Assembly (NCBI RefSeq): GCF_003918875.1
Contig: NW_025765148.1
Coordinates: 186,001 to 250,000 of the forward strand
Length of the DNA stretch: 64,000 nucleotides
Source: Haliotis rubra
Taxonomy: Eukaryota
Direction of reading: 5' to 3'
In this document: positions 13,397-25,823 of the stretch, in pieces
Layout: each line of letters starts with the position of its first letter
Position numbering within the stretch: position 1 is the stretch's first letter
Position numbers and translations under genes: made by a program
The notes under the pieces: generated by a model
Databases searched by the model: none
What the model was told of the DNA's origin: nothing
Seen by the model: only the letters and a program-made list of their open reading frames with translations

Positions 13397-13779
13397 AATA
13401 ATAATAATAATAATGTGTCCATTTATATAGTGCCAAACTCCACACTAGGTATGCTCATAGCGCTAACAATCAAGGCACAGCACATTATTACCCCGGATAA
13501 CCCAAGCTGTCTGTTAGGTGCTAGAAGGTTATAGTCATATGACTTTTCCACCGGTACCCATTTTCCTGCTGGGTGAACAGAGACAATTTTGAACAAACTC
13601 ACTTGTCTAAGGTGAGACCACATGTGTCACATGTGCTTCGTTGTGGGGCAGGATTCAAGTCCTAGAAACTCTCAGGAGTCAAGCTGCCAAACACGGTCAC
13701 CCATCCAAGGATTCTCCGAGCTCGACGCTGCTTAACTTCACCGATTTGTGACCTGAGCTTTGAGTACAGGACCACGCGC
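13397..13779 (-). mobile_element. Hybrid SINE: 5S rRNA-like head, tRNA B-box-like piece, CORE-like domain, L2-type (ATT)n tail
   Basis: Minus strand: gaagttaagcagcgtcgagctcggagaatccttggatgggtgaccg (5S A and C boxes), ggacttgaatcc, ccttagacaag...ctgttcacccagcaggaaaatgggtacc, agcgctatgagc...ctatataaat...attattatt; catttt on both sides. Confidence 0.7.
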
Positions 13780-14227
13780 CATTTTGTAAATATATCATTA
13801 TCTTCCACTTGCTAAGTTATAATACGCTTTTGAATTATTTAAGATTATGGCCTGATATAAATGTTCGTCATATTAGCAGCTTAATGATGAAACCAGTGTC
13901 ATGCCGACAATGTCTTATTCTCATCTATTTTTTGTAATCTTTGCTTAGCAAATTTAATGATGAAACCAGTGTCGACTGGCTAGAAAACTGTGGCCGACAA
14001 TGATACAGTATCTTATTCAAATCTAAAGGTCAAGTCAATGTTTTCTTTTTGTGTTAACATAAAAATCAGAAGTTTTGCTTAGTTTCAACATTCAAATTTC
14101 GTGGCTTGTATCAGTAGTAAAGAATTATTTTGTGGGCGAAGTAACTTTCAGGCGTAGCTGCAGCTCTGTGTCCCCAGCTGTGACATGAATATTGTTAAAA
14201 CGCTGTAAAAACCAACTCATTCACTCT

Positions 14228-14394
14228 TTGGCGGATCCAGAGGGTGTGTGTGTGTGTGTATGATACACCCCTTTGAAAATTGACTTAAGTTCGAAATTTT
14301 TTTTTGCGTTGGCTGAGCCAATGGGGAAAGAACCAGGGGTTCGAAACCCCTGGACTCCCCACCCACCCTTTTCAAAATTCCCGAATCCGACCAT
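14228..14394. mobile_element. Short MITE with ggcggatcc-type termini
   Basis: ggcggatccagaggg ... aaaattcccgaatccgacc; degenerate. Confidence 0.45.
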
Positions 14395-15920
14395 GGTCTT
14401 GATTATGTATGTGGTGCGCAGCCAGCCATGAGATAGCTGTTGTTGAAAGTTTTATAATCGATTGGAGTTTAAATGGATCAAATGTGTTTACAGGTTGCAC
14501 GAAGAACAATTTATCAAAATATCATACGTCATATGTGGGAACATATAAATGGCGAGAATACATGTAAAATATATATGATAAATATAAAGATACAATTTTG
14601 AATGAGCGTGAAACACGCACGTCAGTAGTGTTCGGCGGTTATATTTTAACAATAAAAGTATATACCAGTTATCACATTGACGTACACGCGCAAAGCTGTC
14701 AAGATAGTATAGAAATCACCGTCTAATGTGGGACGTTGGTAACTGTAATTACAGAGACAATGGTAGCTTGCAGACACCGATGCTCTTCTGTGAAATGAAG
14801 AACCCAATAACTGTTTCGGGGAGCCACAACACATGCTTTAAAGACATCCACGAGTCCAGTGGTCAATTATGATTTTTATCAAGCTACAGGCAAATATAGT
14901 TTCACTTTTACAAGCATTTCTGGAATAAACGATAAGGCTTCCGCTTTTTCTACGGACTCACGGAGGACGATGTTGCGAGATGCAGCAGGATGTTTTAACG
15001 CCTGATCGTAACAAAAGACAATAAGAAAACATGAAAGTTTAACCCCATGAGTACAGTTGCACGCCAGCTTGTATGTAAACGCGTCACTGAATATCCATAT
15101 TTCAGTCTTGTCTCCAGCAAGGAGCAGATCAAGACCCATCTGCAGAAAGCTATCTTAGCGCCATGAGCGGTGTTAGTATGCAGTTTAAGAGTTAAAAGAA
15201 TTCTAGCGCTAAAATTGCTTTATGCGTCTGGGCTGTGGGGTTGAATGTAAGTCTTGTCATATACTGCATCTCATGAGTTCATAATCTGTGAATAGTCACC
15301 ATATCTTGCGTAAACGTTTCTCGTGAGATGTATTTTTATCTTCCTATTCTGTGTCTAAGATTATGGCAAGGTTTTTGTGGCTTATAAATAAAAGTGGTGT
15401 TCAGTAAACTACGGCGATAAGTATCTCGACCAACATACACAGCAGGTGCCCGGGACCGAAAAAGCAGTTCGTTATATTCGACAGTTCGTTCTATTCTCCA
15501 GTTCGTTAGAAGCGTGTTTGTCGTAAACGCAGTTCACTGAAATAGCCAGTCTTTGTACCCAGTCTCAACATACAGTCAGCTAAATAAGTGCTCGCCATTT
15601 CATAGGGAATGTGGAGGTGGAGTTGAGGTTTTGCCTTGTTGGCATTTCGGGTGATGAAAATGGGAATACTTTTCGCAAAGTCATATAATACAATTGTAGA
15701 ATCATATACCAACAATCAGATGTCTTGGTAAAATCTAACAAATTTATGTCCAACCATGAACTCATGTGCAAGGTTGTTCCAGAACCTGTCTCAAACGTTC
15801 GTATCCAATACTGCTAAAAAGAGTTCCATGACCTTAACCTTGACCTCATTGTTTCAGGAGTTGGTTTAGTTGTGGCAGGATTTAAGGCATCCAAATTTCA
15901 GTCAGTGACATATATTGCCT

Positions 15921-16475
15921 TCATTCATAGTAAACTCCATGGACATATGCAATAGCTACTAGAGAGTGGTTCCTGTATGTGTGGGTGGCGAATGAGTCTG
16001 AATTGGCATCCCACACGCACCTGCTGGCGACCTCTGCCCCTTGACCTTTGTTCTCCATGATGATAACATTACTGACGATCTTATATCGCGGGAAGTCCAT
16101 CGCCTTCACCCTGGCCTTGATATGAGTCGATATATCTGTTGTGATCTCCCTACACGTGCGTGGGTCGTACGTAACCTTGTCTAGCCTCGCGGCAAGGACG
16201 TCAGCCAAGAGCTTCTCGACCTTGCGGGGCATAAACCTCTTCCGTTCATCCGGTTCCAGCCTGAATGTGTTCTCCAGCTTGGGAGGCGGTTTTTCCGAAC
16301 TCCGGGACTTGCTGTTCTTGGTGGCGAGTTTGTGCCAAGCCCGCGTCGCAGCTACCAGCTTGAAGATGGACATCTTCGGTTTTGTAGATTGTGCCACAGA
16401 TTTGGTGGAGCTCTCGCTGTTACTGATGGCGCGGCTTCTTCTCTTGGGTTGGACATCCAGCTCCGATCGGGACAT
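15921..16475 (-). CDS. TCTEX1D1: Tctex1-domain dynein light chain (DYNLT5/TCTEX1D1-like), 184 aa, single coding exon
   Basis: LENTFRLEP...RFMPRKVE...VKAMDFPRYKIV...GQGAEVASRCVWD..SDSFA...NHSL.AIA.VHGVYYE*; acceptor ttcctttatattccag ends at 16488, ATG at 16475. Family is sure, exact paralogue is not. Confidence 0.9.
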   Translation of the reverse strand: MSRSELDVQPKRRSRAISNSESSTKSVAQSTKPKMSIFKLVAATRAWHKLATKNSKSRSSEKPPPKLENTFRLEPDERKRFMPRKVEKLLADVLAARLDKVTYDPRTCREITTDISTHIKARVKAMDFPRYKIVSNVIIMENKGQGAEVASRCVWDANSDSFATHTYRNHSLVAIAYVHGVYYE

Positions 16476-17669
16476 TTGACGAGGCAGCTGGAATATAAAG
16501 GAAAATAAATTTAATTTGTGACAAATTAGAGCAGTCGGTATAGTCGGTATAATTCCAACGGCCTTTGAACGTCGACGCCATGAACAACGCCTCACGCCAT
16601 CGGTTACTACGACACCCTATGAGCCAGGTCACACATGATTACCATCCGATACTCTTTTAAGTCGACCGTTAGCTGGCGTACACGTGCTTGTGTGTCCGTT
16701 AACATGATTTGCGAATATACACGGAAATCAATCTGACGTTACATATGACCTTTCCTCCGTGGTCAATATCACATAGACAGACACAAATACAGCATGGTGC
16801 GCCAGGCCAGTATGTCTAGCGTATGAAGAATATTTGATCAACTGAAAGATTGCCTTCCAGATTAAATCAATGAATGAGTTTATTTGTACGCCGCTTTTAG
16901 CAATATTCCAGCAATATCACGGCGGGGGACACCAGAAATGGTCTTCACACATTGTGCCCATCTCCGACGTGACGTGCGAAAGCCTTAACCACTAGGCAAC
17001 CGCACCGCCCCTGACAGATTCAAAGACAAGACGAAAAGGCATATATATAATAGGTCGTATTATGTAGCTGGTATTAAAGAATGTTTGAACATTCAAAGAG
17101 AAACTCTAACGAGACCTGAGTGATGTCAAGTGATTCCGCAAATGTCAGGGTTAGCGACACCGATATTCCAGATATGCATTTTCTCACTACGGCGTGTATC
17201 CTCGAATCAAAGCCAAAGGTCCAGTTGTATGGAAAAGGTATTATATCTCTGAGTTGGCAAGTCTATTTCCATTCATGTAATTGAGTTGCAAATGTTGGAT
17301 CAAATAAGTTAGACACGTCGCCATTAATTATCATCAGCAAGCCCACATACATTTTCATAAAAGAGTATATTTTCGTGATTTGTCAATACTCGTTCAGCAA
17401 CGATGTAAGTATCTTGCAACTACATCACCAACTGAAACAGTCACAGCGTTATACGTGGTAATTACTGAGTATATAAACAAATGATCAGCGTTATACGTGA
17501 TAATTACTGAATATATAAACAAATGTTCAGCGTGCCTCAACGACGGCAACAGACACGTAAATGGAGCATATAACCATAACTAATATAAATTACATCCACA
17601 ACGGTGTCCTCCCAACACGCAGACAGCCAGTTCGCAGACACTTTAAAACAACAACATTTACGGTTCAGT

Positions 17670-17960
17670 GAGCAGGTTACGATTTGTTTACAATAAATAT
17701 TTAAAATATGACGCATCATGTCAATGTGGCCATGCATTTGAGAATGTTCTTCATTACTTCCTTGAATGTCCATTGTATACTACTCAAAGACATAAACTCA
17801 GTCTGTTACAATCTTTAGAAAGTATTGTTAAAATTAGAACACTGATTGGTATTAATCGTATCTTACATGGCAATGCAGGTGTCTCATTTACTGCAAATCA
17901 GAATGTTTTCAAATATGTACATATCTATATCTCTCCAACAAAACGTTTTCTCAGTTAACT
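17670..17960 (+). mobile_element. 3' end of LINE ORF2 (CR1-like, C-terminal zinc knuckle)
   Basis: CQCGHAFENVLHYFLECPLY...RILHGN...NQNVFKYVHIYISPTKRF. Confidence 0.7.
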
Positions 17961-18479
17961 TCTGTTGTACATATGCTATTATTGGGAGGGGTCTTTTCTA
18001 TCAATAAACACAATGAAACCTCTCAGTGACAAACCTGTTTTTATATTCGATAGTAATTGATAGTAAAAACAATTTTTAAAAGAGAAATCATTTAGCATTT
18101 AATCACAACAAAGTTCTATTTACCCACAGTCAAACTTCTCAGTAACGAACCTGTTTCAGGCTCACCCTGCTCTACTCACTAAACAGTGGACTGTTCCATT
18201 ATACCCGTAGGTGTTACCCTAATTAACCTTCTAGTTCAGGGTCTGTCAAATGGGTGATAACCTCCACAACGACTCTCGTCGTCGTGCTGCCACTCAAAAT
18301 AAGCCATGTGTTGGGTGAACGAGGGTGGAGGAGAAAGTGACCACGGCGACCTCTACAGACCTGGATTACAGGGTACTGAATTGAATGAGTATAGTTTTCG
18401 TAAGTAGGCCATCGGACCATGTACAATCATATGATACAAAACTTAATTTTTGACAAGGCAATATACATCTTATACATTA

Positions 18480-18860
18480 TTTACACACTTTTGATCTGAT
18501 CACGAGGGCATACTTAATAAACTGCACCGTTTTCAGAAGAATAATCGTGTCATTACATTGCTATATTTTGTTAAACTTAATGATAGTTGGACATTGAACA
18601 AAATTGGGTAAATATATACTTCGTAACATTACATACCCATCACAGACAAAAATAAAATGTAATTCCTCCTCAGGGATGTTATTGTTACACATTTTACATA
18701 TTGTTGAGGGATAATTATCATCTTTACGTCTTCCATAACGGAGAAGGGATAGGCGATGAAGTGTAAGTAAACGTAAATATCGTCTATATTCTTTAAAATG
18801 TACATTTGAAACAGAAAACTTTACATCTAATAAAGATTTAAATGCAGGGTATTGGCTTGA
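18480..18860 (-). mobile_element. 3' end of LINE ORF2 (RTEX-like zinc knuckle), degraded
   Basis: YGR...ICKMCNNNIPEEELHFIFVCDGYVMLRSIYLP. Confidence 0.65.
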
Positions 18861-19590
18861 GATCATTGGTCAAAGGTCAAGGGTTAAGGGCGAAGTGTCT
18901 TCTGATTATCAGTAACTGTCCCTATCTGGGTACAACAGCTCTATTTACATGTTGTAAGTGGGTTAATGGGTTGAGAGAACAGCTACTGAAGAAATAGTCT
19001 GAATTCAGCCTGGTTGTCCCGCAGCTACAGAGGCCATTGCTGTACTTTGTGTAGACACGAACATTGATATACAGAGAGTACAGTCATTTTGGATGGGTGG
19101 TGACGTGCGAGCACCTTACCCTACGTGCAGTATCTGGGGGTCAGAGGGGTGTAAGTCTGGGGGTAAGGGTTGTGTGTGTGCTGTTATTTCGTCCCATGAT
19201 GATTACAGAAAGTAATATACTGTGTCCCCTTCCTTTCGTAACATCGGTTAAACATTTCTCATTAACTCTTCACACACGCAAGCACACGCGCGCACACACT
19301 CCATCTCTAGTATGCTATAAGAGCAAAAGTGCAACATATGTTTTAATGAAACATGTGAATTATCCTGGGCTATAGAGAAAGTACTTCCTGTAATTGGACT
19401 AATAACTTTTATAAGATACATTTGCATTGATAAACGGTTTCAAACAATGACCCTGGCGGAATTCGAATATGAAACAAAAATCGCTTAGCACGTCACAGGC
19501 AAGCGCGCGAACTACCCAACAGCAAAGTTATATTACCACCTGATGTTATTTGATGCAGTTTTAATTTATCACATACTCTGCACGTGATTG

Positions 19591-19940
19591 GACCGCCTCC
19601 GTGGTGTAGTGGTTAGAGCGTCCACCCGGAGAGCTGAAAGCCGCGGGTTCGATCCCCGACCGCGTCATACCAAAAGACGTTAAAATATGGTACTTGTTGG
19701 TCCCTGCCTCGGTATTAATGGGTACAACAAGGACTGGTTGGCTCGGAGTCAGTATAATGTGTCTGAGTGGGGTATTCATGCTTCACTGCGGCATGGTATC
19801 TCAGTGGGCTAGCACTATATATCCAGCTTCAGTCTGGGCTAGTACAAGCAGCCTCACATCCACATACACAGGCATGCACGTCGTCATATGAGCGAAATAT
19901 TCTCAAGCACGACGTAAAACCCAATTTCACCTCACCTCAC
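19591..19940 (+). mobile_element. Full-length tRNA-head SINE family B
   Basis: A box tggtgtagtggttagagc, B box ggttcgatccc, 13-bp TSD ctgcacgtgattg at 19578-19590 and 19941-19953. Confidence 0.92.
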
Positions 19941-21866
19941 CTGCACGTGATTGACGTCAAACAGTGTTTCAAAGTGCAAATATTGTTAATGAAACAAATT
20001 AATTGTTTCGCATTTGCGATACATTATATATGATATTATTACAAGTGAACACCTTAAGAGATAGAAGCTGAGGAAAATATAAATATAGTACTTACAATGG
20101 TCTTCCGCATATCAAATATTCCGCGTCCTTTAATAATTGACATTTTGTTAACTATTTCCTTCTAGGCAGAAAGTTCTGTAGCTTTTAGTTCCAAACACGC
20201 CATAAGTCAGTGAACGATGTTTACCCTTATACCTAATGCCTTGTGCGTGTCAAATCTCGTCGGCAGGTGGAGTCACCGGGAATGAGACTTCAAGTAGGGG
20301 CTACCACTCATTTGATATATGATTTATAACAGTTTATTTGTAATGTCTGCAATAAACTCCCAGTTTCAGACCCCGAGAGACGTGAACATGCGTCATAAAT
20401 ATTGTAGCTTTGACATGAGATAAAACGTTAACAGTAAATCTAATATTGATAATTACTGCCAACTGGAAACTAAATATGAAACTAAATAAATTGTTCATAA
20501 TGTATTTTATATGCTCTTTTAATAGATGTGGGTATGAAATTTAAGACATATTTTAAATCGGTCCAACTAATGCTATATTCGACCTTGAAGAGTGAATACA
20601 GTAGAGTTATAAACGATAGGTGTCAAAATATGCACATGACATTAACGTGGCTACTATAGCCGGCAAGACATCAAGACATGAAGACATGAAGACATCAAGC
20701 AAGACATCAAGACATCTCTGTTAAACAAGTGTTAACAATATAAACTCACACCTGTTATAGTGAAACCATGTTATTGTGGATACCTCGCGTGATAGTTTTA
20801 CTGCGGACCGTTCGGATAGCCGAGGTTTTTACCTGTGTTTTAGTCTGTCATACCTGTATTTCTACTTGAACATCAGGACTAGAGTGACTGAACATACTCG
20901 TCCATTATGTAAAATGCTACCTTCATCTTTATAGTTACCGTTTGTAGGGGAAGGGGTTTCAGAGTCAACAACACACACTATCTGGACGCATAGGATAGCC
21001 ATCCTGCCCAGTACCATCTTCAGTGAAACCACTCACTAACGCTGTGGGGATGGGGCCAGGGTGACTGCGGGGGTGGAACTAGCCCCCAGAAACATGTGAA
21101 GGTCATACCACGTGACGTAATGAGTCGGGAGGTCCAGTTGTTCATGGCGACGGAATGGGAGGTTGTTCGTGATACCAGTCAGTGGATTATCTGGTCCGGG
21201 TTTGATTATGTACAGTCCGTCGTCATAAGCTGGGATATTGCTGAGTGTCACGTTAATCCGCAAATAAACAAAAACCTAAAATTACATGACCTGAAACAGG
21301 TTTGGTTCAAATGAACACATATTCATTTTCAAGGGCGTCTCGTCTTAACAATGTACAGTGTGTGCTAATTCCTTGCTTTCACTTAAGCAGCAACTCCGCC
21401 TTTGGTGTTCCCATGTTACAATGTTTGAGGTTCCATCGAGTGAACTCGCTCTTTCATGCTCACGTTTCCAGCGTGTAAATTCTTAATAAAGCTTTCAGAA
21501 TGTTTAATGGTAGACATGTGGAGGACATTTAACAATTGGTCGCGTTAGTGACATAAATGGCGTGAGACTGGGAGAGGTCGCATGTAATACTCCACGAAGA
21601 CATTGTCAGTATTATTTGAGTGAGTGAGTTTACGTTCACGCCGCTTTTAGCAATATTCCAGCAATATCACGGCGGTGGATACCAGAAATAGGCTTCATAC
21701 ATGCCATCGAATGATACATATTACATATTATTTGTAGGAGAGATGAAATGTTGTTTTGATTGTATTGGTTTAACGTACCTCTTTACTTCCCGCACCCGAC
21801 GTCGAAGCTCTGAAGGTGGGGTGGACGTTGTCATTCTGCTTCAATGCATGCATCGTTAACTTCTCC

Positions 21867-21880
21867 GTCGTCATGGCGAC
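21867..21880 (-). promoter_or_regulatory. Candidate RFX X-box upstream of a putative non-coding first exon of the Tctex1-domain gene
   Basis: GTCGCCATGACGAC on minus (consensus GTTGCCATGGCAAC); minus-strand donor AG|GTACGT at 21779/21778. Confidence 0.4.
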
Positions 21881-22944
21881 TCGAGCTGAAACAAATGGTA
21901 CATTTTAGTCACATTTAACGTATTTTACAATTGTTAAAACATGAATTTGTCATAATGAGTTCATAGTAATTTTTTGCCACATATCCACTGTCAGACCGCT
22001 ATTCCTGCTCTTGTCTTTTTCCTTAGACATGTGGCATGAAAATTTTATTTTTAAACACTGACAGGTAATAATCAAATAAGATCCAAAGAAGAGTCGAGAA
22101 CAAAGCTGTGTCCATTTCTCAAGGTGACAGGTAATTTAGGTACTGTGGTAAACCGAGACAGAAAGATAAAAACAAGTCCTCAACCAAACCTGACGAAGTT
22201 CGAACGTTGATGACATTTGCACATGCTTAGATCAAAGTCTATACAGGTAATAACTTTTCCGTTCAAGGGCTTGACGTTTACGCCAATATATTATGTTCGA
22301 GGCCTCAAGGACAACTTTTGATACAGGTGAAATAGTATAAATGAACTTGTAACAACGATGTGTAATGGAATTAACCCCTAGATAGTTACATGTGTGGTTG
22401 ATTGAGTTACATGTGTGGCCTGGGTGATTGTATCTCGTTGTACCCTCACTGACTATTGGTAAAGCTGTTAACAAGGGGATACGGTTTTACATTTGATCAC
22501 AGAGCTGTCTGTGTTATCCTACCACAGTGGGTGCCATGTTGTTACTGAACTATTAAATTGCTTAAAGCAGTGTAAAATCTCAAGCAGTGACGCGAGATCT
22601 TCCCGCGAATCACGTGCGAATAATGGGTCGTCATGTCGCTTAGAACGGCAGCGATACCTCTTTCCACTATCGTTTTGTTGTCTGTGTAATTAAAGCAGAA
22701 ACGTAAATATTATCCTAGTCTATCCCAAGGTCTAAACTTATCCAGTAAAGTATGTGTTTAGCCTAATGGAAGGGTGATGTAAGACGGTTAACACAGAGCC
22801 GATTATCTGATCCCGACAGCACACAGTGAACAGTTTATAACCTGTCCTGCTGTTTGGCGCTGGCACGTCTAGACTTACACACGTTCTCTAAAGCTGAGAT
22901 CAGTAATCAGTTTAAATGTTAATTTATAGATTATATAAAGTCTA

Positions 22945-23149
22945 CATCTATCAATCTATCTATTTCCATCTACATGTATCGACATCTACCTAACTATATG
23001 TATTTCTATGTCTAGTTCTATATCTGTCTATATCTATCCATTTATCTCTATTTATCTATCTCTATCTATCTACCCAACAATATATATCTATCTGTTTCTA
23101 TCTACAACTATCTATAATCTATATATAAATACAACTATATATATATCCC
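22945..23149. repeat. Degenerate (TATC)n simple repeat, continuing at 24671-24810
   Basis: tctatc-rich tract split by the Tc1 element. Confidence 0.8.
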
Positions 23150-23189
23150 TATGGTTAGGTAGAGACAGATAGTTAGAACTATTTATATA

Positions 23190-24670
23190 TAGTGAGTCAA
23201 AAAAGAAACTTCACAAAATGTAATTTGAAAAATAATGAATACTTTTTCTCTGATGATACATCTATGTATCCGAAATGGGATCCCTATCGTTCGACTCTAG
23301 AAAAACGTTAGCAAAACCCACTCAAACCCATCCATTCGTCGTGCAAATGACGTTAGTGCCAAATCAGGTTTTGCACGTGCAGTCGATCACGTGATCTTCG
23401 CATCGAAGTTTTCTTCATATGCACGTGTTTGCATTGGCCTCAAGAATTGAAAAAACACTTTTAAACCACAGTTCTAACGGTAGATCAAGCGGGAAGATCA
23501 ATTATTGACGTCGCAAGAGCAATGGGATGCAGCCGTCGTACTGTGTATGACTTGCGAGGTCGTCTACAACAAACTGGCACCTCTTCTGATCGCCCAAGGT
23601 CGGGTCGTCCACGTGTGACGTCACGAGCAGAAGACCGTCAAATCGTCCTACGTCACCTACGTGACAAATTTCTGCCGGCTACACGAACCAGGGCTGAGAT
23701 GTTTAGAGGTCGAAAGTCCTCACAGACCATTCGAAATCGGTTGCGGGCTGCCAATCTCCATTCTCGACGTCCATATCGTGGGCCAATATTGACGCCGTTT
23801 CATCAACGTCAACGTCTGCTGTGGGCCCAACGTCACCTCCGATGGACCCAGAGAGACTGGAATCGAGTCGTCTTTAGCGATGAATCCAGGTTTACCCTCA
23901 GATTCGCGGACGGCAGGCATAGAATCTGGAGACGACGACGTGAACGGTATGCCCAATGTTGTGTACAGGAAGTCGACAGATTCGGGGGCGGAAGTTGCAT
24001 GGTGTGGGGTGCTTTCTGTGGGAACAACCGTTCCCGACTTCTGGTCATCCGTGGAAACCTCACAGCTGCTGCTTACCGCAACCAGGTGCTCACCCCTGAA
24101 CTCGTTCCTTTCATGGCGGCTCATGGCCCAGGTCTACAGTTCCAGCATGATAATGCTCGGCCGCATACCGCGATGTTGACACGAAGTTTCCTTCAAAACG
24201 GTGGAATCAACGTCATGGACTGGCCATCGAAGGCCCCTGACCTTAATCCAATAGAGCACGTTTGGTATGCACTTGGGAGAAGGCTTCGTGGTCTTAGGAA
24301 CCAACCTCAGAAGTTGCAGGAACTTGGCGTTGCCTTGCAAGAACAATGGCGCAGAATCCCCAACCACGTGTTCACAAGCATCAGGCAGTCGATGAGGAGA
24401 CGGTGTTTGGCAGTGGTGAATGCGCGGGGCGGCCATGCACGATATTGAACCGAGAAATTTCGCATTTTTATTCTTGTGACTTGACATTCTGTATACCCAT
24501 GTTTTGGAACGGCGGTGTAGCCTAATGGAATTGATTATGGCACTGTCAGTGTATCGAGTACATCACACAGATCTCAGCAATGAAATAATAACAATTTAAC
24601 CATCTTACCATCTCTTGTTCTTTTATAGTGCCCTGAAGAAAGAATGTGAAGTTTCTTTTTTGACTCAGTA
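23190..24670 (+). mobile_element. Tc1 (DD34E) DNA transposon, near full length
   Basis: 26-bp TIRs ta[g/c]tgagtcaaaaaagaaacttcaca, TA flanks, internal transposase. Confidence 0.95.
23522..24448 (+). CDS. Tc1 transposase, N-terminus damaged
   Basis: GRPRVT box, VFSDESRF, FQHDNARPH, WPSKAPDLNPIEHVW with 34 residues between D and E; upstream in-frame TVLTVDQAGRSIIDVARA has no ATG. Confidence 0.88.
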   Translation: MGCSRRTVYDLRGRLQQTGTSSDRPRSGRPRVTSRAEDRQIVLRHLRDKFLPATRTRAEMFRGRKSSQTIRNRLRAANLHSRRPYRGPILTPFHQRQRLLWAQRHLRWTQRDWNRVVFSDESRFTLRFADGRHRIWRRRRERYAQCCVQEVDRFGGGSCMVWGAFCGNNRSRLLVIRGNLTAAAYRNQVLTPELVPFMAAHGPGLQFQHDNARPHTAMLTRSFLQNGGINVMDWPSKAPDLNPIEHVWYALGRRLRGLRNQPQKLQELGVALQEQWRRIPNHVFTSIRQSMRRRCLAVVNARGGHARY

Positions 24671-25474
24671 TATATATATATCTATCTAGTTCTAACTATC
24701 TGTCTCTACCTAACCATATATACCTATCTGTATATATTTATATCTATCTATTTATGTATGTGTCTATGTCTGTCGATGTTTCTATATCTATCTACTTAAC
24801 TATCTATATACAAGTTGCCCCTATAAGAGACTGGCGTCATCAGATGCACTATCCGCTCGTCTGGACTGTGTTAGGGATAGTACAATTTGACTTGCCTGGA
24901 CCTATCATCGGTACAGACTTGATGCAAGGCTAGGGGTGCAGGCTGGGTTAGCGTGTACATCACACCGTGTTATTGATTGTGACATAAACACGAGGTTTAT
25001 GATAAAACATTCAGTAGGAAGGCCATGTGTTGTAAGTGAGTTACATTGTTTCTGTTCGGATTCAGTAGAGGCTGGTGTTTTGAACTGACATTGAACGTTC
25101 TTCGTATTGATCTGTATTGATTTCTCTTTGTTGTTTGTTGGTGTCAGAATCTTTTACGTCCAGACTTTGGGTTAAACTCGTTGTCTCAGCTTGGCGATCG
25201 ACACACAACAACAGTGAACCTATATATCATGGCACGTACATGAACGGTGTTCCTGGGACAACATAACAGTATATATAATATAACGGTTTGCAGAGTGCAA
25301 ACGGATGTTAGTGAGTGGGTTTAAGTTTTACGTCGCTTTTAGCAATATTCGGCGGGGGACACAAGAAATGGGCTTCACACATTGTTCCCATGTGGGGAAT
25401 CGAACTCGGGTCTTCGGCGTGACGAGCGAACGCTTTAACCACTAGGCTACTAGGTACTTAATGCTGATTTTATT

Positions 25475-25823
25475 GAGGTGAAATTGGGTTTAACGTCGTA
25501 CTTGAGAATATTTCGCTCATATGACGACGTGCATGCGTGTGTATGTGTATGTGCGGCTGCTTGTACTAGCCCAGGCTGAAGCTGGTTTTATAGTGCTAGC
25601 CCACTGAGATACCATGCCGCAGTGAAGCATGAATACCCCACTCAGACACATCATACTGACTCCGAGCCGACCAGTCCTTGATGTACCAATTAATGCCGAG
25701 CGCCAGGCAGGGACCAACAAGTACCATATTTTAACGTCTTTTGGTTTGACGCGGTCGGGGATCGAACCCGCGACCTTCCGCTCTCCGGGCGGACGCTCTA
25801 ACCACTACACCACGGAGGCGGTC
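25475..25823 (-). mobile_element. Full-length SINE family B
   Basis: 12-bp TSD gctgattttatt at 25463-25474 and 25824-25835. Confidence 0.92.

Noticed and set aside
13690-13760. 5S rRNA gene
   Set aside because: Partial, diverged and embedded in a SINE
16476-16595. N-terminal 40 aa of the 224-aa ORF call for the Tctex1 gene
   Set aside because: Runs through a polypyrimidine tract and acceptor at 16488; mostly intronic
19561-19891. Recurrent ORFs MNTPLRHIIL... and MLVPAWRSAL... (also near 4281, 25517, 52361)
   Set aside because: Translations of SINE family B copies
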